The notes beneath the pieces were generated by a model. It saw nothing but the letters and a program-made list of their open reading frames with translations, did no database searches and was not told the origin of the DNA. From the NCBI RefSeq assembly GCF_004010195.1, contig NC_057711.1, positions 12,716,334-12,750,386 on the forward strand: a stretch of DNA of 34,053 nt, read 5' to 3'. The DNA is from Chiloscyllium plagiosum (lineage: Eukaryota). Each line of letters starts with the position of its first letter. Within the stretch, counting starts at the first letter, position 1. The translations under genes and the position numbers were made by a program. Positions 1-10,434 of this stretch are shown here, piece by piece.

Positions 1-522
1 TAAACTCCAGAGGATACAGGCCCGGCCTATCTAATCTTCCTTTATAATAAAGCAATCCAGTCAAGTTGGCAGTGGTCAGAATGAAAGAGTTCCTTTTCTA
101 CGTGAAAGAGTGTAAGTAATTTTCAAGTTCCTGATGAGCAGGTCTCCATTTGAGGTGAATATGACAATGAAACATTAATTTCACATAAGTCGTTAGAATG
201 AAATCATTTTAAGAGATTCTCCCACAAGAGGAAACATCCTTTCAACACCCACCCAGTCAAGTTCCCCTCAGGGTCTTGTGTGTCACTATTAAGTCACCTC
301 TGACTCTTGTAAACTCCAGAGGATACAGGCCCGGCCTATCTAATCTTCCTTTATAATAAAGCAATCCAGTCAAGTTGGCAGTGGTCAGAATGAAAGAGTT
401 CCTTTTCTACGTGAAAGAGTGTAAGTAATTTTCAAGTTCCTGATGAGCAGGTCTCCATTTGAGGTGAATATGACAATGAAACATTAATTTCACATAAGTC
501 GTTAGAATGAAATCATTTTAAG
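1..522. repeat. Direct tandem duplication, 309-bp period
   Basis: 1-213 reads identically to 310-522. The unit contains a CR1 3' fragment plus unique sequence, and the left copy runs off the window. Confidence 0.9.
385..406 (-). CDS. Candidate terminal coding exon (RKGTLSF*)
   Basis: Plausible acceptor ttacactctttcacgtag| 158 nt after the micro-exon donor. Phase 2 gives AG|A AAA GGA ACT CTT TCA TTC TGA and a 296-aa protein. The real last exon may instead lie outside the window. Confidence 0.3.
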
Positions 523-564
523 AAAACACAGCAACACTTTTAATAGCAGAAGGCGGAGTCATAC

Positions 565-595
565 CTTTCTCTCTGTGGGGTAAAAACCACAGTAC
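565..595 (-). CDS. SIGLEC15: Siglec-15-like receptor, cytoplasmic micro-exon (GTVVFTPQRE)
   Basis: Strong acceptor tttttccttctttccag|GT and donor GAAAG|gtatga around 31 nt of non-repeat sequence. Phase 1 in matches the TM exon, phase 2 out. Confidence 0.75.
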
Positions 596-699
596 CTGGA
601 AAGAAGGAAAAAGGACAAATTATTTGAAACATTTCAGGTAGCAGGCTTTCACTATAATGTCAATAATTTGTTTGGGAAACTTTCTCATTTGAATGTTTG

Positions 700-985
700 G
701 ACTCGCCATATAAACACAGTGGCTACAAGAGCAGGTCAGACATGAGGAATCCTGCAGCAACTAATTCTTCCCCTGATGATGGAATCCTCCCCACTTGCCT
801 GGTGCAGCTCCAACAACAGCTCGACACCATCCAGGACAAAGCAGCCACCGCTTGATTGGCTCCACATTCACAAACATGCACTCCCTTCACCACTGACGCT
901 CAGAAGCAGCAGTGTGTACTATCTCCAAGATGCACTGCAGAAATTCATGACGGCTACTTAGACAGCACCTTCCAAAACCACTTTG
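700..985 (+). mobile_element. Degenerate CR1/L2-group LINE 3' fragment
   Basis: Shares cagcagtgtgtac..aagatgcactgc..cagcaccttccaaa blocks with copies at about 16520-16900 and 19710-20270. Confidence 0.6.
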
Positions 986-1679
986 AATAGAAGGTCAAGA
1001 CCTGATCAAGGGTGTCCCAGGATGTTGTGGGAAGCTAGGGAAGAAATTGTGGGGCTCCTAGCAGAGATGTTTGTATCATCTACAGCCATGGGTGAGGTGT
1101 AGGAAGAGTGGAGGCTGGTTAATGTTGTCCTTTTACTGAAGAAAGACTGTAAGGAGAAGCCTGGGAAACATAGACAGGTGAGTCTGACATCAATGGTGGG
1201 TAGGTTATTGGAGGGGACTCAGACACAGGATTGACATGGATTTGGAAAAGCAAGGGCTGATTAGGGATAGTCAGCATGGCTCTGTCCACGGGAAATCATG
1301 TCTCACAAACACGACTGAGTTTGTTGAGGATGTGACCAAGAAGATGTATGAGGGTACAGAGGCAGATGTTGTCTATACAGACTTTAGTAAAGCCTTTGAC
1401 ATGGCTTTCCATGGTGGACTGGTTAGTAAAGTTAGATCACATGGGATTCAGGGAGGAATGGTTTGATGGTAGGTGACAGAGGGTGATGGTAGAGGGTTGT
1501 TTTTCAGACTGGAGGCCTGTGACCACCAGTGTTCCACAGGGATCAATGCTGGATCTGCTGTTGTTTGTCATTTATACAAATGATTTGGATGTGAGATTAG
1601 GAACCATGGTTTGTAAGTTTGCAGATGACACCAAAATTGGTGGCACAGTGGACAGTGAGGAAGGTTATCTCAGAGTACA

Positions 1680-1781
1680 TCCTACTCCACAACCACCTGA
1701 TGAAGGAGCAGCGCTCCGAAAGCTAGTGTGCTTCCAAAAGAAAAACCATTGGACTATAACCTGGCGTTGTGAGATTTTTAA
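1680..1781 (+). mobile_element. Short Penelope-type terminal fragment with hammerhead core, inserted in CR1
   Basis: Interrupts the RT frame. Flanked by ctcagagtaca (1669-1679) and ctcggagtaca (1782-1792). Related to 31140-31236. Confidence 0.7.
1694..1728 (+). ncRNA. Minimal hammerhead ribozyme core
   Basis: cac-CTGATGA-a-GGAGC-agc-GCTCC-GAAA-GCTA-gtg: 5-bp helix II, cac/gtg helix I. Confidence 0.6.
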
Positions 1782-2468
1782 CTCGGAGTACAATGGGATC
1801 TTGATCAGCTGGGCCATTGGGCTGAGGAGTGGCAGTTGGAGTTTAATTTACATAAATGTGGGGTGTTGCACTTTGGCAAGACAAACCAGGGTAGGACATA
1901 CACAGTTAAGGGCCCTGGGGAGAGTCGTCAAACAGAGAGACCATGGGGTTCAAGTACATAATTCCTTGAAAAGTGGAGTCGCAGGTAGACAGGGTGGTGA
2001 AGAAGGCATTAGGCACACTTGCCTTCATTGATCAGAGCACTGAGTATAGGAGTTAGGACATCACTTTGTGGCTACAGGATGTTGGCGAGGCCACTTTTGG
2101 AGTACTGTGTACACTTCTGGCTGCTTTTCTATGGGAAGGATTTAAATAAATTGGAGAGGGAGCAGAGAAGAGTTACACGGATTTAACTGGGAATGGAAGG
2201 TTTGAGTATAGGGAGAGGCTGGGTGGGCCGGGACTTTATTCCCTGGAGTGTCGGAGGGGTGACTTTATAAAAATTTATAAAACCATGAGAGGCATGGATA
2301 AGATGAATAGCAAAGGCCTTTTCCCTCAGGTAGGGGAGTTCAAAACTAGGTTTTAAGGTGAGAGGAGAAAAACTTAAAAGGGACCTGAGGGACAAATTTT
2401 TCACACAGAGGGTGGATCGTATTTGGAATGAACTGCTAGAGGAAGTAGTCGATGCAGGGTACAGTCAC

Positions 2469-4260
2469 TGAGAAAGGACACGAAGGGAAAGCATAAAATT
2501 AAAGAACCCAAAGAATATTAGAAATAAAGCAAAAGGAAAAAGTATTAAGTAAGATAACTTTGCTGGGTAAAGCAGAACGGTTAGCTCTGTACAAGAACAA
2601 ATTTAGGCAGCTACGAAAGTTGACAATTAGTCATTAAGGAAGAACAAAAAGCTTTGACAGATCACTTCAAGTACCGACAAGGAAAGACAAAGGGGGGTTT
2701 GAATAGAGAGTTTACTGGGTAAAAACAATGACTGCAAATGAGGAAACTGTTGAAGTCCACATTGATGCCCTGGGGTTGAAGTGTTCCGAGGCGGAAGATG
2801 AGGCATTCTTCCTCCAGGTGTCTGGTGGTGAGGGAGCGGTGCTGGAGGAGGCCCAGGACCTCCATGTCCTCGGCAGAGTGTGAGGGGGAGTTGAAATGTT
2901 GGGCCACGAGGCGGTGCGGTTGATTGGTGCGGGTGTCCCGGAGATGTTCCCTAAAGCGCTCTGCTAGGAGGCGCCCAGTCTCCCCAATGTAGGGGAGACC
3001 GCATCGGGAGCAACGGATACAATAAATAACATTAGTTGATGTGCAGGTAAAACTGTGATGGATGTGGAAGGCTCCTTTAGGGCCTTGGATGGAGGTGAGG
3101 GAGGAGGTGTGGGCGCAGGTTTTACAATTCCTGCGGTGGCAGGGGAAGGTGCCAGAATGTGAGGGTGGGTTGTAGGGGGGGCGTGGACCTGACCAGGTAG
3201 TCATGGAGGGAACAGTCTTTGCGGAAGGCGGAAAGGGGTGGGGAGGGAAATATATCCCTGGTGGTGGGGTCTGTTTGGAGGTGGCAGAAATGTCGACGGA
3301 TGATTTGGTTTATGCGAAGGGTGAAAGGTGAGCACCAGGGGCTTTCTGTCCTTGTTACGGTTGGAGGAGTGGGGTCTGAGGGCGGAGGTGCGGGATGTGG
3401 ATGAAATGCGTTGGAGGGCATCTTTCACCATGTGAGAAGGGAAATTGCGGTCTCTAAAGAAGGAGGCCATCTGGTGTGTTCTGTGGTGGAACTGGTCCTC
3501 CTGGGAGCAGATATGGCGGAGGCAGAGGAATTGGGAATATGGGATGACATTTTTGCAGGAGGTAGGGGGGGAAGAGGTGTAATCCAGGTAGCTGTGGGAG
3601 TCGGTCGGTTTGTAAAAAATGTCGGCGTCAAGTCGGTCATCATTAATGGAGATGGAGAGGTCCAGGAAGGGGAGGGAAGAGTTTACTGACCAAGCATGTG
3701 AGGTGGAAAACAATGAGGGTTTAAGACATATATAAAAACTGTCAGGTTTAAACAAGGACAGGTAACGAGTATGTGACCAAACTTTAGGGGATATCAACAC
3801 TTAATATCATCACCCGAGTCAGTACAAGGGCAGTTTTATCATCACGATTCTAGTAATGGGATCAAAAGATTAACAAGTTCATCACAAGCACAGCAGGAGT
3901 GTGGGGAGGACATCATGTTCATCAGCATGAGTTTGATTGACAGGTTTAATGGGCAAAAGTTGTATAAATACTAAAGATGGTGACTGCCATTTTCGGAATA
4001 GTCTGAGAGAGCGCGAGGTTGGTCAGTGCTGGTAAAAGGTTTTAGAACCTCTATTTAGACTAGGGTTTGGTGTCTTGTTAGTCTGTAACTGTGATACTGT
4101 AGTAGATGTTTAAATAAATGTGCCAAATCTTTACTGGACTACTTGTAAGAATTTTCTTCCAGGCAATTGAACGATCTCAGGGAAAGAACCAGGGAAGGTT
4201 GAGTAGACTCCAGTAGGGAGTCCTCCCCTATCCACTGAAGCTCTTGGGGAGGCTTCAACA
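2469..4260 (+). mobile_element. Putative solo LTR (about 820 bp net) inserted in the CR1 3' end and itself interrupted by Penelope
   Basis: TG...AACA ends, tcac/ttac 4-bp flanks, TATAAATA near 3963, AATAAA near 4113. CR1 sequence resumes directly after 4260. Confidence 0.6.
2718..3677 (-). mobile_element. Penelope-like retroelement, RT C-terminus plus GIY-YIG endonuclease, frameshifted
   Basis: LPFLDLSI..FYKPTDSHSYLDY and NVIYCIRCSRCGLPYIGETGR..RFREH. Perfect 11-bp flanking duplication agagtttactg at 2707-2717 and 3678-3688. Confidence 0.92.
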
Positions 4261-4410
4261 TTACAGAATTGAAAAAACATTTGGACAGGTACGTAAATAG
4301 GAAAGGTTTAGAGGGATACGGGCCAAGTTCAGGCAAATGGGACTAATTTAGTTTGGGATCATGGTCAGTGTGGACTGAAGGACATGTATCTGTGCTGTAT
4401 GTCTCTATGA
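4261..4410 (+). mobile_element. CR1 3' terminus, continuation of 1000-2468
   Basis: catttggacaggtac..gggccaag..gtgctgtatgtctctatgac, the same 3' tail seen at about 20700-20840. Confidence 0.8.
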
Positions 4411-4667
4411 CAGCAGATACATGGGACACCACCCCCTGCAAGCTCCCCTCCAAGCCGCTCACCATCCTGACTCGGCCTTTCCCTCTCTTTTCCTCTTCCC
4501 TTGCTGTTCCCTCCCCTTTCTTGTGACGATTCTTGTGTCACTTGAGGTGGGAAACCTCTGATCCTTTGTATTGTTCCATGACACCCCAAATCAGATACAT
4601 TTTCAAACCTGAACTCAATGTAAGTGCCGACAGTAAAATCCCCAGCTGTTAAATTACAATGACCTAC

Positions 4668-5051
4668 CCTGCTTTCTCCACCAGAACGCGAGGGCAATAA
4701 CGATCAGAACAATTGCAAGGAGGCTTCCAACCAAGGCACCGATGATTACTTTGAGCACTGATCGGCCTTCTGTCAAGCTGGCAAAGTAGATGAGTTGCGT
4801 GGAATTGCCGAAGGTGTTCGTGGTCACACACGTGTAGTTCCCTCCCAGCTTTGGGTCATGTAACTCCCCCACAACCTGATACCGCCCTGGGCCTCGTACA
4901 ACTGGAGTATCGCTGGCATTCACGGGCAGTCTGCTCTGTTGGGGATCGATCCACATGATGTTTGGAGAGGGCTCTCCTTGAACGTGACACACAAGGGTAA
5001 ACTGTGTGCCATTGACAACCCGGGTAGACATGTTGAGGATGACAGGTGGAC
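4668..5051 (-). CDS. SIGLEC15: Siglec-15-like receptor, Ig C2-set plus transmembrane exon
   Basis: Acceptor ctctcttttcag|GT, donor CAGG|gtaggt, 384 nt, phase 1-1. Encodes PPVILNMS..LVCHVQGEPSPNIMW..GNYTCVTTNTFGNS, then hydrophobic VIIGALVGSLLAIVLIVIALAFWW and stop-transfer RKQ. Confidence 0.9.
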
Positions 5052-5203
5052 CTGAAAAGAGAGAGGATTGATCATCGAGTTAAAGTGAGGCACTGGCTCG
5101 TGATTATTGCTGTTGAGTCACAATCAGAACTCGTGGGTAATGCATCAATGTCATGTTTATTAAGTAAGAGGGAAGCTCTCACAGGGTGAGAATGAGGAAG
5201 CAA

Positions 5204-5405
5204 GTCATAGTCATAGAGATGTACGGCACGGAAACAGACCCTCCGGTCCACTCCATCCATGCCGACCAGATATCCCAACCCAATCTAGTCCCACCTGCCA
5301 GCACTCAGCCCATATCTCTCCAAACCCTTCCTATTCATATACCCATCCAGATGCCTTTTGAATGTTGCAGTTGTACCAGCCTCCACAACTTCCTCTGGCA
5401 GCACA
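5204..5405 (-). mobile_element. CR1 3' terminus
   Basis: gtcatagtcatagag tail repeat. Minus translation VLPEEVVEAGTTATFKRHLDGYM. Confidence 0.85.
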
Positions 5406-5471
5406 CTCCACACTTGTATGTGCCTGGACATTATGTGGGAGACCAAAAGGCAAAATGATATGAAAACAATA

Positions 5472-5687
5472 CAGGCTTCCCCCACTATCCGAAAGTAGGG
5501 ATCTTTTGTAAGCCAAAATGGTGTAAAGGGAAGAAGCATTAATTTATATGGGAAAAGTTTCACCATTTTTTTGTAAAAGCGAAAATTATCTTCGGATTTC
5601 TTTCGGTTAGCGAAAACAGGTACTAACGCAGGTTCTTCGTAAAAACGAAGTGCGTAAAGTGAACTTTCGAAAAGTGGGGGATACCTG
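5472..5687. mobile_element. Tc1/mariner-Tigger(pogo)-type MITE
   Basis: 25-bp TIRs caggcttcccccactatccgaaagt and revcomp caggtatcccccacttttcgaaagt (4 mismatches), TA on both flanks (5470-71, 5688-89). Confidence 0.8.
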
Positions 5688-5699
5688 TACTCCAGGCTG

Positions 5700-6010
5700 A
5701 CTCTGAACCTGGGACAATGCAATGACAAGACAGTACCAAGCGAGTGCTGTCCTGTCAATGCTCCTCAGATGAAATCTCAACCTGTCTTCTTGGGTGCACA
5801 TACAGGATCCCACAGCCAGCGTTTGAAGCAGAGCAGGATGGCCTGCCGACACTCCCCACCTTTATTTACTCCTTCATCAAGATCACAAACAGACACAGTG
5901 TTTTTAGTTGTGAGCTTATTTGTGGAGGCTTGCTGTATACAAATTGGCTGCTGTTTTGCCCCAACAGCCCCGAGTACATTTCAAGAATGACATTGTGGAT
6001 TGTACTAGAG
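5700..6010 (+). mobile_element. Old DeuSINE/SacSINE1-like remnant
   Basis: Diverged blocks gatcccacagcc..gaagcagagcagg and gcttgctgtatacaaattggctgc resemble the Deu domain as I recall it. Confidence 0.45.
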
Positions 6011-6169
6011 ACTCTTGAAGGAAAAGGGGGAGGTAGAGGTTTTCAAAGAGGGCATTCCAGTTGGAAGCAGGTCGGCTCCCAGGCAGGACAAGAGTATTCA
6101 ATTAGATCATTGTTCAGTTTGGATTAGAGCTGGGAATTTGGTGCAAATGTGTTGTAGTCAGATGGTGAA

Positions 6170-6480
6170 AGAGTGTTGATGGAGCTGGGTCCATTCAGGC
6201 AAGTTGGGGGTGGGGGGGTGGTTACTCAGTCACATTCATGACTTGTGCCTTGTAGATGGTGGACAGGCTTTGGGGAGGCAGGAGTTACTTGCTGTGGGAT
6301 TCCTAACCTCTGACCTGTTCTTGTAGCCACTGTATTTAAACAGTAGTGCAACGCAGTTTTTGGTAAGTGATAACCGTGGGATAATCAATAATGATGGAAA
6401 TACCATTTAAAGTCAAAAGGCGTTGGTTAGATTCTCTCTTGTTGGAGATGGTCATTCCCTGGCATTTGTGTGGCACCAAT
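6170..6480 (-). mobile_element. CR1/L2-group LINE fragment
   Basis: Reverse-complement similarity to 19710-19990 (atctacaaggcacaagtca, accatctccaacaagagaga). Confidence 0.6.
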
Positions 6481-7464
6481 ATTAATAGGGTTTGGATTGA
6501 ATGGAGTGTTAAACATAAAGCTGATGATGTTACAGAAATACAGCCACAGAGGGACCTGGCTAAAGAACACAATTGTGGGAGCCAGGGTTCATGATGAGTT
6601 GGTGGCAGAGTGAGTCATAATGAGAGATATGCAGCATGGAAACAGATCCTTCCATCCGACTCGTCCATACCGACCAGATATCCTCAATAAATCTAGTCCC
6701 ATTTGTCAGCGTATGGTCCATATCCCTCCAAACCCTTCCTATTCATGTATCCATCCAGATGCCTTTTAAATGTTGTAATTGTACCAGCCTCCTCCACTTC
6801 CTCTGGCAGCTCATTCCATACACATCACCGTGTGTGTGAAAACCTTGCCCCTTAGGTTCCTTTTAAATCTTTCTCCTCTCATCCTAAACCTATGCCCTCT
6901 AGTTTTAGACTCCTCCATGTGGGGGAAACACCTTGTCTACTTACCCTGTCCATGTCCCTCATGATTTTATAAACCTCTATAAGGTCACCCCTCAGCCTCC
7001 AACGCTCCAGGGAAAACAGCCCCAGCCTGTTCAGCCTCTCCCTATAGCTCAAATCCTCCAACCCTGGCAACATCCTTGTAGATCTTTTCTGAATTCTTCC
7101 AAGTTTCTCAATATCCTTCCTATAACAGGGAGATCAGAATTGCACACAGTATCCCAAAAGTGGCCCAACCAATGACCTCCCAACTCCTGTACTCAATACT
7201 CTGACCAGTAAAGGAAAGCATACCAACCGCCTTGTTCACTATCCTATCTACCTGTGACTCCACCTTCAAGGAACTATGAACCTGCACTCCAAGGTCTCTT
7301 TGTTCAGCAACACTCCCTAGGACCTTACCAATAAGTGTATCAGTCCTGCTCTAATTTGCTTCCCCAAAATGCAGCACCTCGCATTTATCTAAATTGAACT
7401 CCATCTGCCACTCCTGGTCCACCTGATCAAGATCTTGTTATAATCTGAGGAAACCTTATTCGCT

Positions 7465-7687
7465 AGGAGAAAGTGAGGACTGCAGATGCTGGAGTGCCAG
7501 AGTTGAAAAATGTGGTGCTCGAAAAACACCACAGGCCAGGCAGCATCCGAGGAGCAGGAGAATCGATGTTTCGGGCATTAGCCCTTCTTCAGGAAATGTC
7601 TGAAGAAGGGCTTATGCCCGAAACGTCGATTCTCCTGCTCCTCGGATGCTGTCTGGCCTGCTGTGTTTTTCCAGCACCACATTTTTC
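7465..7687. mobile_element. Palindromic Penelope-associated non-autonomous element with hammerhead cores
   Basis: About 90-bp inverted arms (7503-7592, 7600-7689) with a 7-nt loop. 14-bp flanking duplication aaaccttattcgct at 7451-7464 and 7688-7701. Confidence 0.8.
7600..7627 (+). ncRNA. Minimal hammerhead ribozyme core
   Basis: CTGAAGA-a-GGGC-ttat-GCCC-GAAAC-GTC: catalytic boxes, 4-bp helix II, GUC triplet. A mirror core sits on the minus strand of the other arm. Confidence 0.6.
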
Positions 7688-10434
7688 AAACCTTATTCGC
7701 TGTCGACTACACCTCCAATTTTGGTGTCATCTGCAAACTTATTAACTATACCTCTTTTGCTCACACCCAAATCATTTATATAAATGATGAAAAGTAATGA
7801 ATGCAGCACTGATCCTTGTGGCACACCACTGGTCACAAGCCTCCAGTCTGAAATGCAACACTCCATCACCACCCTCAAGCCAGTTCTGTATCCAAATGGC
7901 TAGTTCTCCCTGTATTCCATGAAATCTAACCTTGCTAACCAGTCTCCCATGAGGAATCTTGTTGAATGCCTTACTGAAATCACATAGATCATGTTCACTG
8001 CTCTAACCTCATCAATCCTCTTTGTTACTTCTTCAAAAACACAATCAAGTTTGTGAGATATGATTTCCCACGCACAAAGCCATGTTGACGATCCCTAGTT
8101 AGTCCTTGCCTTTCCAAATAAATGTAAATCCTGTCCCTCAGGATTCCCTCTAATATCTTGCCCACCACGAACATCAGGCTCACCGGTTTCTAGTTCCCTG
8201 GCTTTCTTTACCACCCTTCTTAAACAGCGGCACCACATTAACCAACGTCCGGTCTTCCAGCACCTCAATTGTACAAATATCTCAGCAAGAGGCCCAGCAN
8301 NNNNNNNNNNNNNNNNNNNNNNNNNNNNNNNNNNNNNNNNNNNNNNNNNNNNNNNNNNNNNNNNNNNNNNNNNNNNNNNNNNNNNNNNNNNNNNNNNNNN
8401 NNNNNNNNNNNNNNNNNNNNNNNNNNNNNNNNNNNNNNNNNNNNNNNNNNNNNNNNNNNNNNNNNNNNNNNNNNNNNNNNNNNNNNNNNNNNNNNNNNNN
8501 NNNNNNNNNNNNNNNNNNNNNNNNNNNNNNNNNNNNNNNNNNNNNNNNNNNNNNNNNNNNNNNNNNNNNNNNNNNNNNNNNNNNNNNNNNNNNNNNNNNN
8601 NNNNNNNNNNNNNNNNNNNNNNNNNNNNNNNNNNNNNNNNNNNNNNNNNNNNNNNNNNNNNNNNNNNNNNNNNNNNNNNNNNNNNNNNNNNNNNNNNNNN
8701 NNNNNNNNNNNNNNNNNNNNNNNNNNNNNNNNNNNNNNNNNNNNNNNNNNNNNNNNNNNNNNNNNNNNNNNNNNNNNNNNNNNNNNNNNNNNNNNNNNNC
8801 TTCTCATGTCCTCTCTTTGCTCTTAACTCTCTCTTTAAATCCTTCCTAGCTAATCTGTAATGCTCCACTGTCTCATCTGAACCATCTCACCTCAATGTCA
8901 CACAAGCCTCCTTCTTGCACTTAACAAGAGACACAATTTCTTTAGTAAACCACAGTTCCCTTACCTTATCACTTCCTCCCTGCCTGACAGGGACGTACCT
9001 ATCAAGGACACGTAATATCTGTTCCTTAAACCAGCTCCACATTTCGATTGTTCCCATCCCCAGCATTTTGCTACCCCATTCTATGCCTCTTATGTCTTGT
9101 TTAATTGCCCATTGATAACTCTTGTCATGTGGCATGCACCTATCCCTTTACATGCCGAAATCAAACACTTGGCCTGGTTCTTTACTAAGCACCAGATCCA
9201 GTGTGGCCTCCCCTTTTGTCAGCCCTTCGACATACTGTGTCAGGAAACCCTCCTACACACATTGGACAAAACCTGATCCATCCGAAATACTAGCGTTATT
9301 GCATTTCCAGTCAATGTTGGGGAAGTTAAAGACCCCATAATGACCATCCTGTTCCTTTCACTCCTGCCCAGAATCAATTTTCCAATCTTCTCCTCCACAT
9401 CCCTGGAACTTTGTGGACACCCAAAAAAAACTCCTAGCAGTGTGATCTCTCCTGCTTCTAACCTTAACTCATGCCTCCTCAATTCTTTCAGCCACCGTTA
9501 TACTGTCCTTGACTAACAAAGCCACATCTCCCCCCTTTTACCTTCTCTGACCTTAATGAAAGGTCTAAACCCTGGAACCTGCAACATCTATTCCTGACCC
9601 TGCTCTATCCATGTCTCCGAAATGGCCACAACATCGAAGTCCCAGGTGCAAGCTCATCTACCTTGTTCTGAATACTCCTGGCATTGAAGTAGACACATTT
9701 CAAGCCTGGCTTGCTGTCTGCCAGCACACTCCTGTGTCTGTGAAATCCTATCCCTGTTCTCCCTACTCTCATCCTCTTGTGCACTGAAACTACACCTCCT
9801 GTTCCCTCTCCCCTGCTGAGCCAGTTTAAACCCACCCAAGTAGCACTAGCAAATTTCCCACCCAGGATATTAGTACTCCTCTGGTTTAAGTGACGACTGT
9901 CCTGTTTGTACAGGTCCCACCTTCTCCAGAATGAGCCCCAATTATCCATAAACCTTAAATCCTCCCTCCTGCGCCATCCCTGCAGCCACGTGTGCAGCTG
10001 ATAGCTGTCCCACACTATCGCCTGGCACCAGTAACAAACCAGAGATAACAACTCTATTTGCTCTTAATCTCAGCTTCCACCCAAGCTCCCTGAAATCCTG
10101 CCTTACATCCCTATTCCTCTTTCTACCTATGTCTTTGGTACCTACATGGACCACGACTTGGGGCTTGTCACCCTCTCCCTTCAGGACCCCAAAGATACAA
10201 TCCGAGACATCACGATTGTAGCACCCCAGTGCATGCCCTTAGTAAGTGGTGAGGTTATTGTACAACACCAAGTCACATTTATCAAACCCTATCCACTAAG
10301 TAAAAAATGTCCAAGCGTGCCGCGTCATGTGACAGGAGCCAATCACAAGGGACACTATCACCCATCTGTCGGACGGACCAGAAGTCTAACCGAACCCATC
10401 ACATCCGGCCGCTGCAGTTTACTGCCTGGTTGAA

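Larger units (their letters stand above)
1000..2468 (+). mobile_element. CR1 LINE, decayed reverse transcriptase (5' part of a split element)
   Basis: ORF fragments QHGSVHGKSCLTN, DVVYTDFSKAFD, SVPQGSML, KFADDTKIGG with frameshifts and stops. Confidence 0.92.
6620..10200 (-). mobile_element. Long CR1 LINE: ORF1 esterase, APE endonuclease and RT remnants, spanning gap 8300-8799
   Basis: ORF1 SGNH-like VHVGTKDI..RVVISGLL..FWRRWDLYKQD, endonuclease start GLKCVYFNARSI, RT SGVPQGSVL..KFADDTKIGG, C-terminal LSYRERLNRLGLFSLE. Confidence 0.9.

Noticed and set aside
4540-4609. Possible exon just after the TM exon (acceptor gagttcag| giving GLKMYLIWG...)
   Set aside because: The intron would be only 58 nt with a poor pyrimidine tract. 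The 565-595 micro-exon has much stronger signals.
8095-8868. Long ORFs here and at 14092-14628 and 30425-30964
   Set aside because: They are artefacts of translating through N-gaps.
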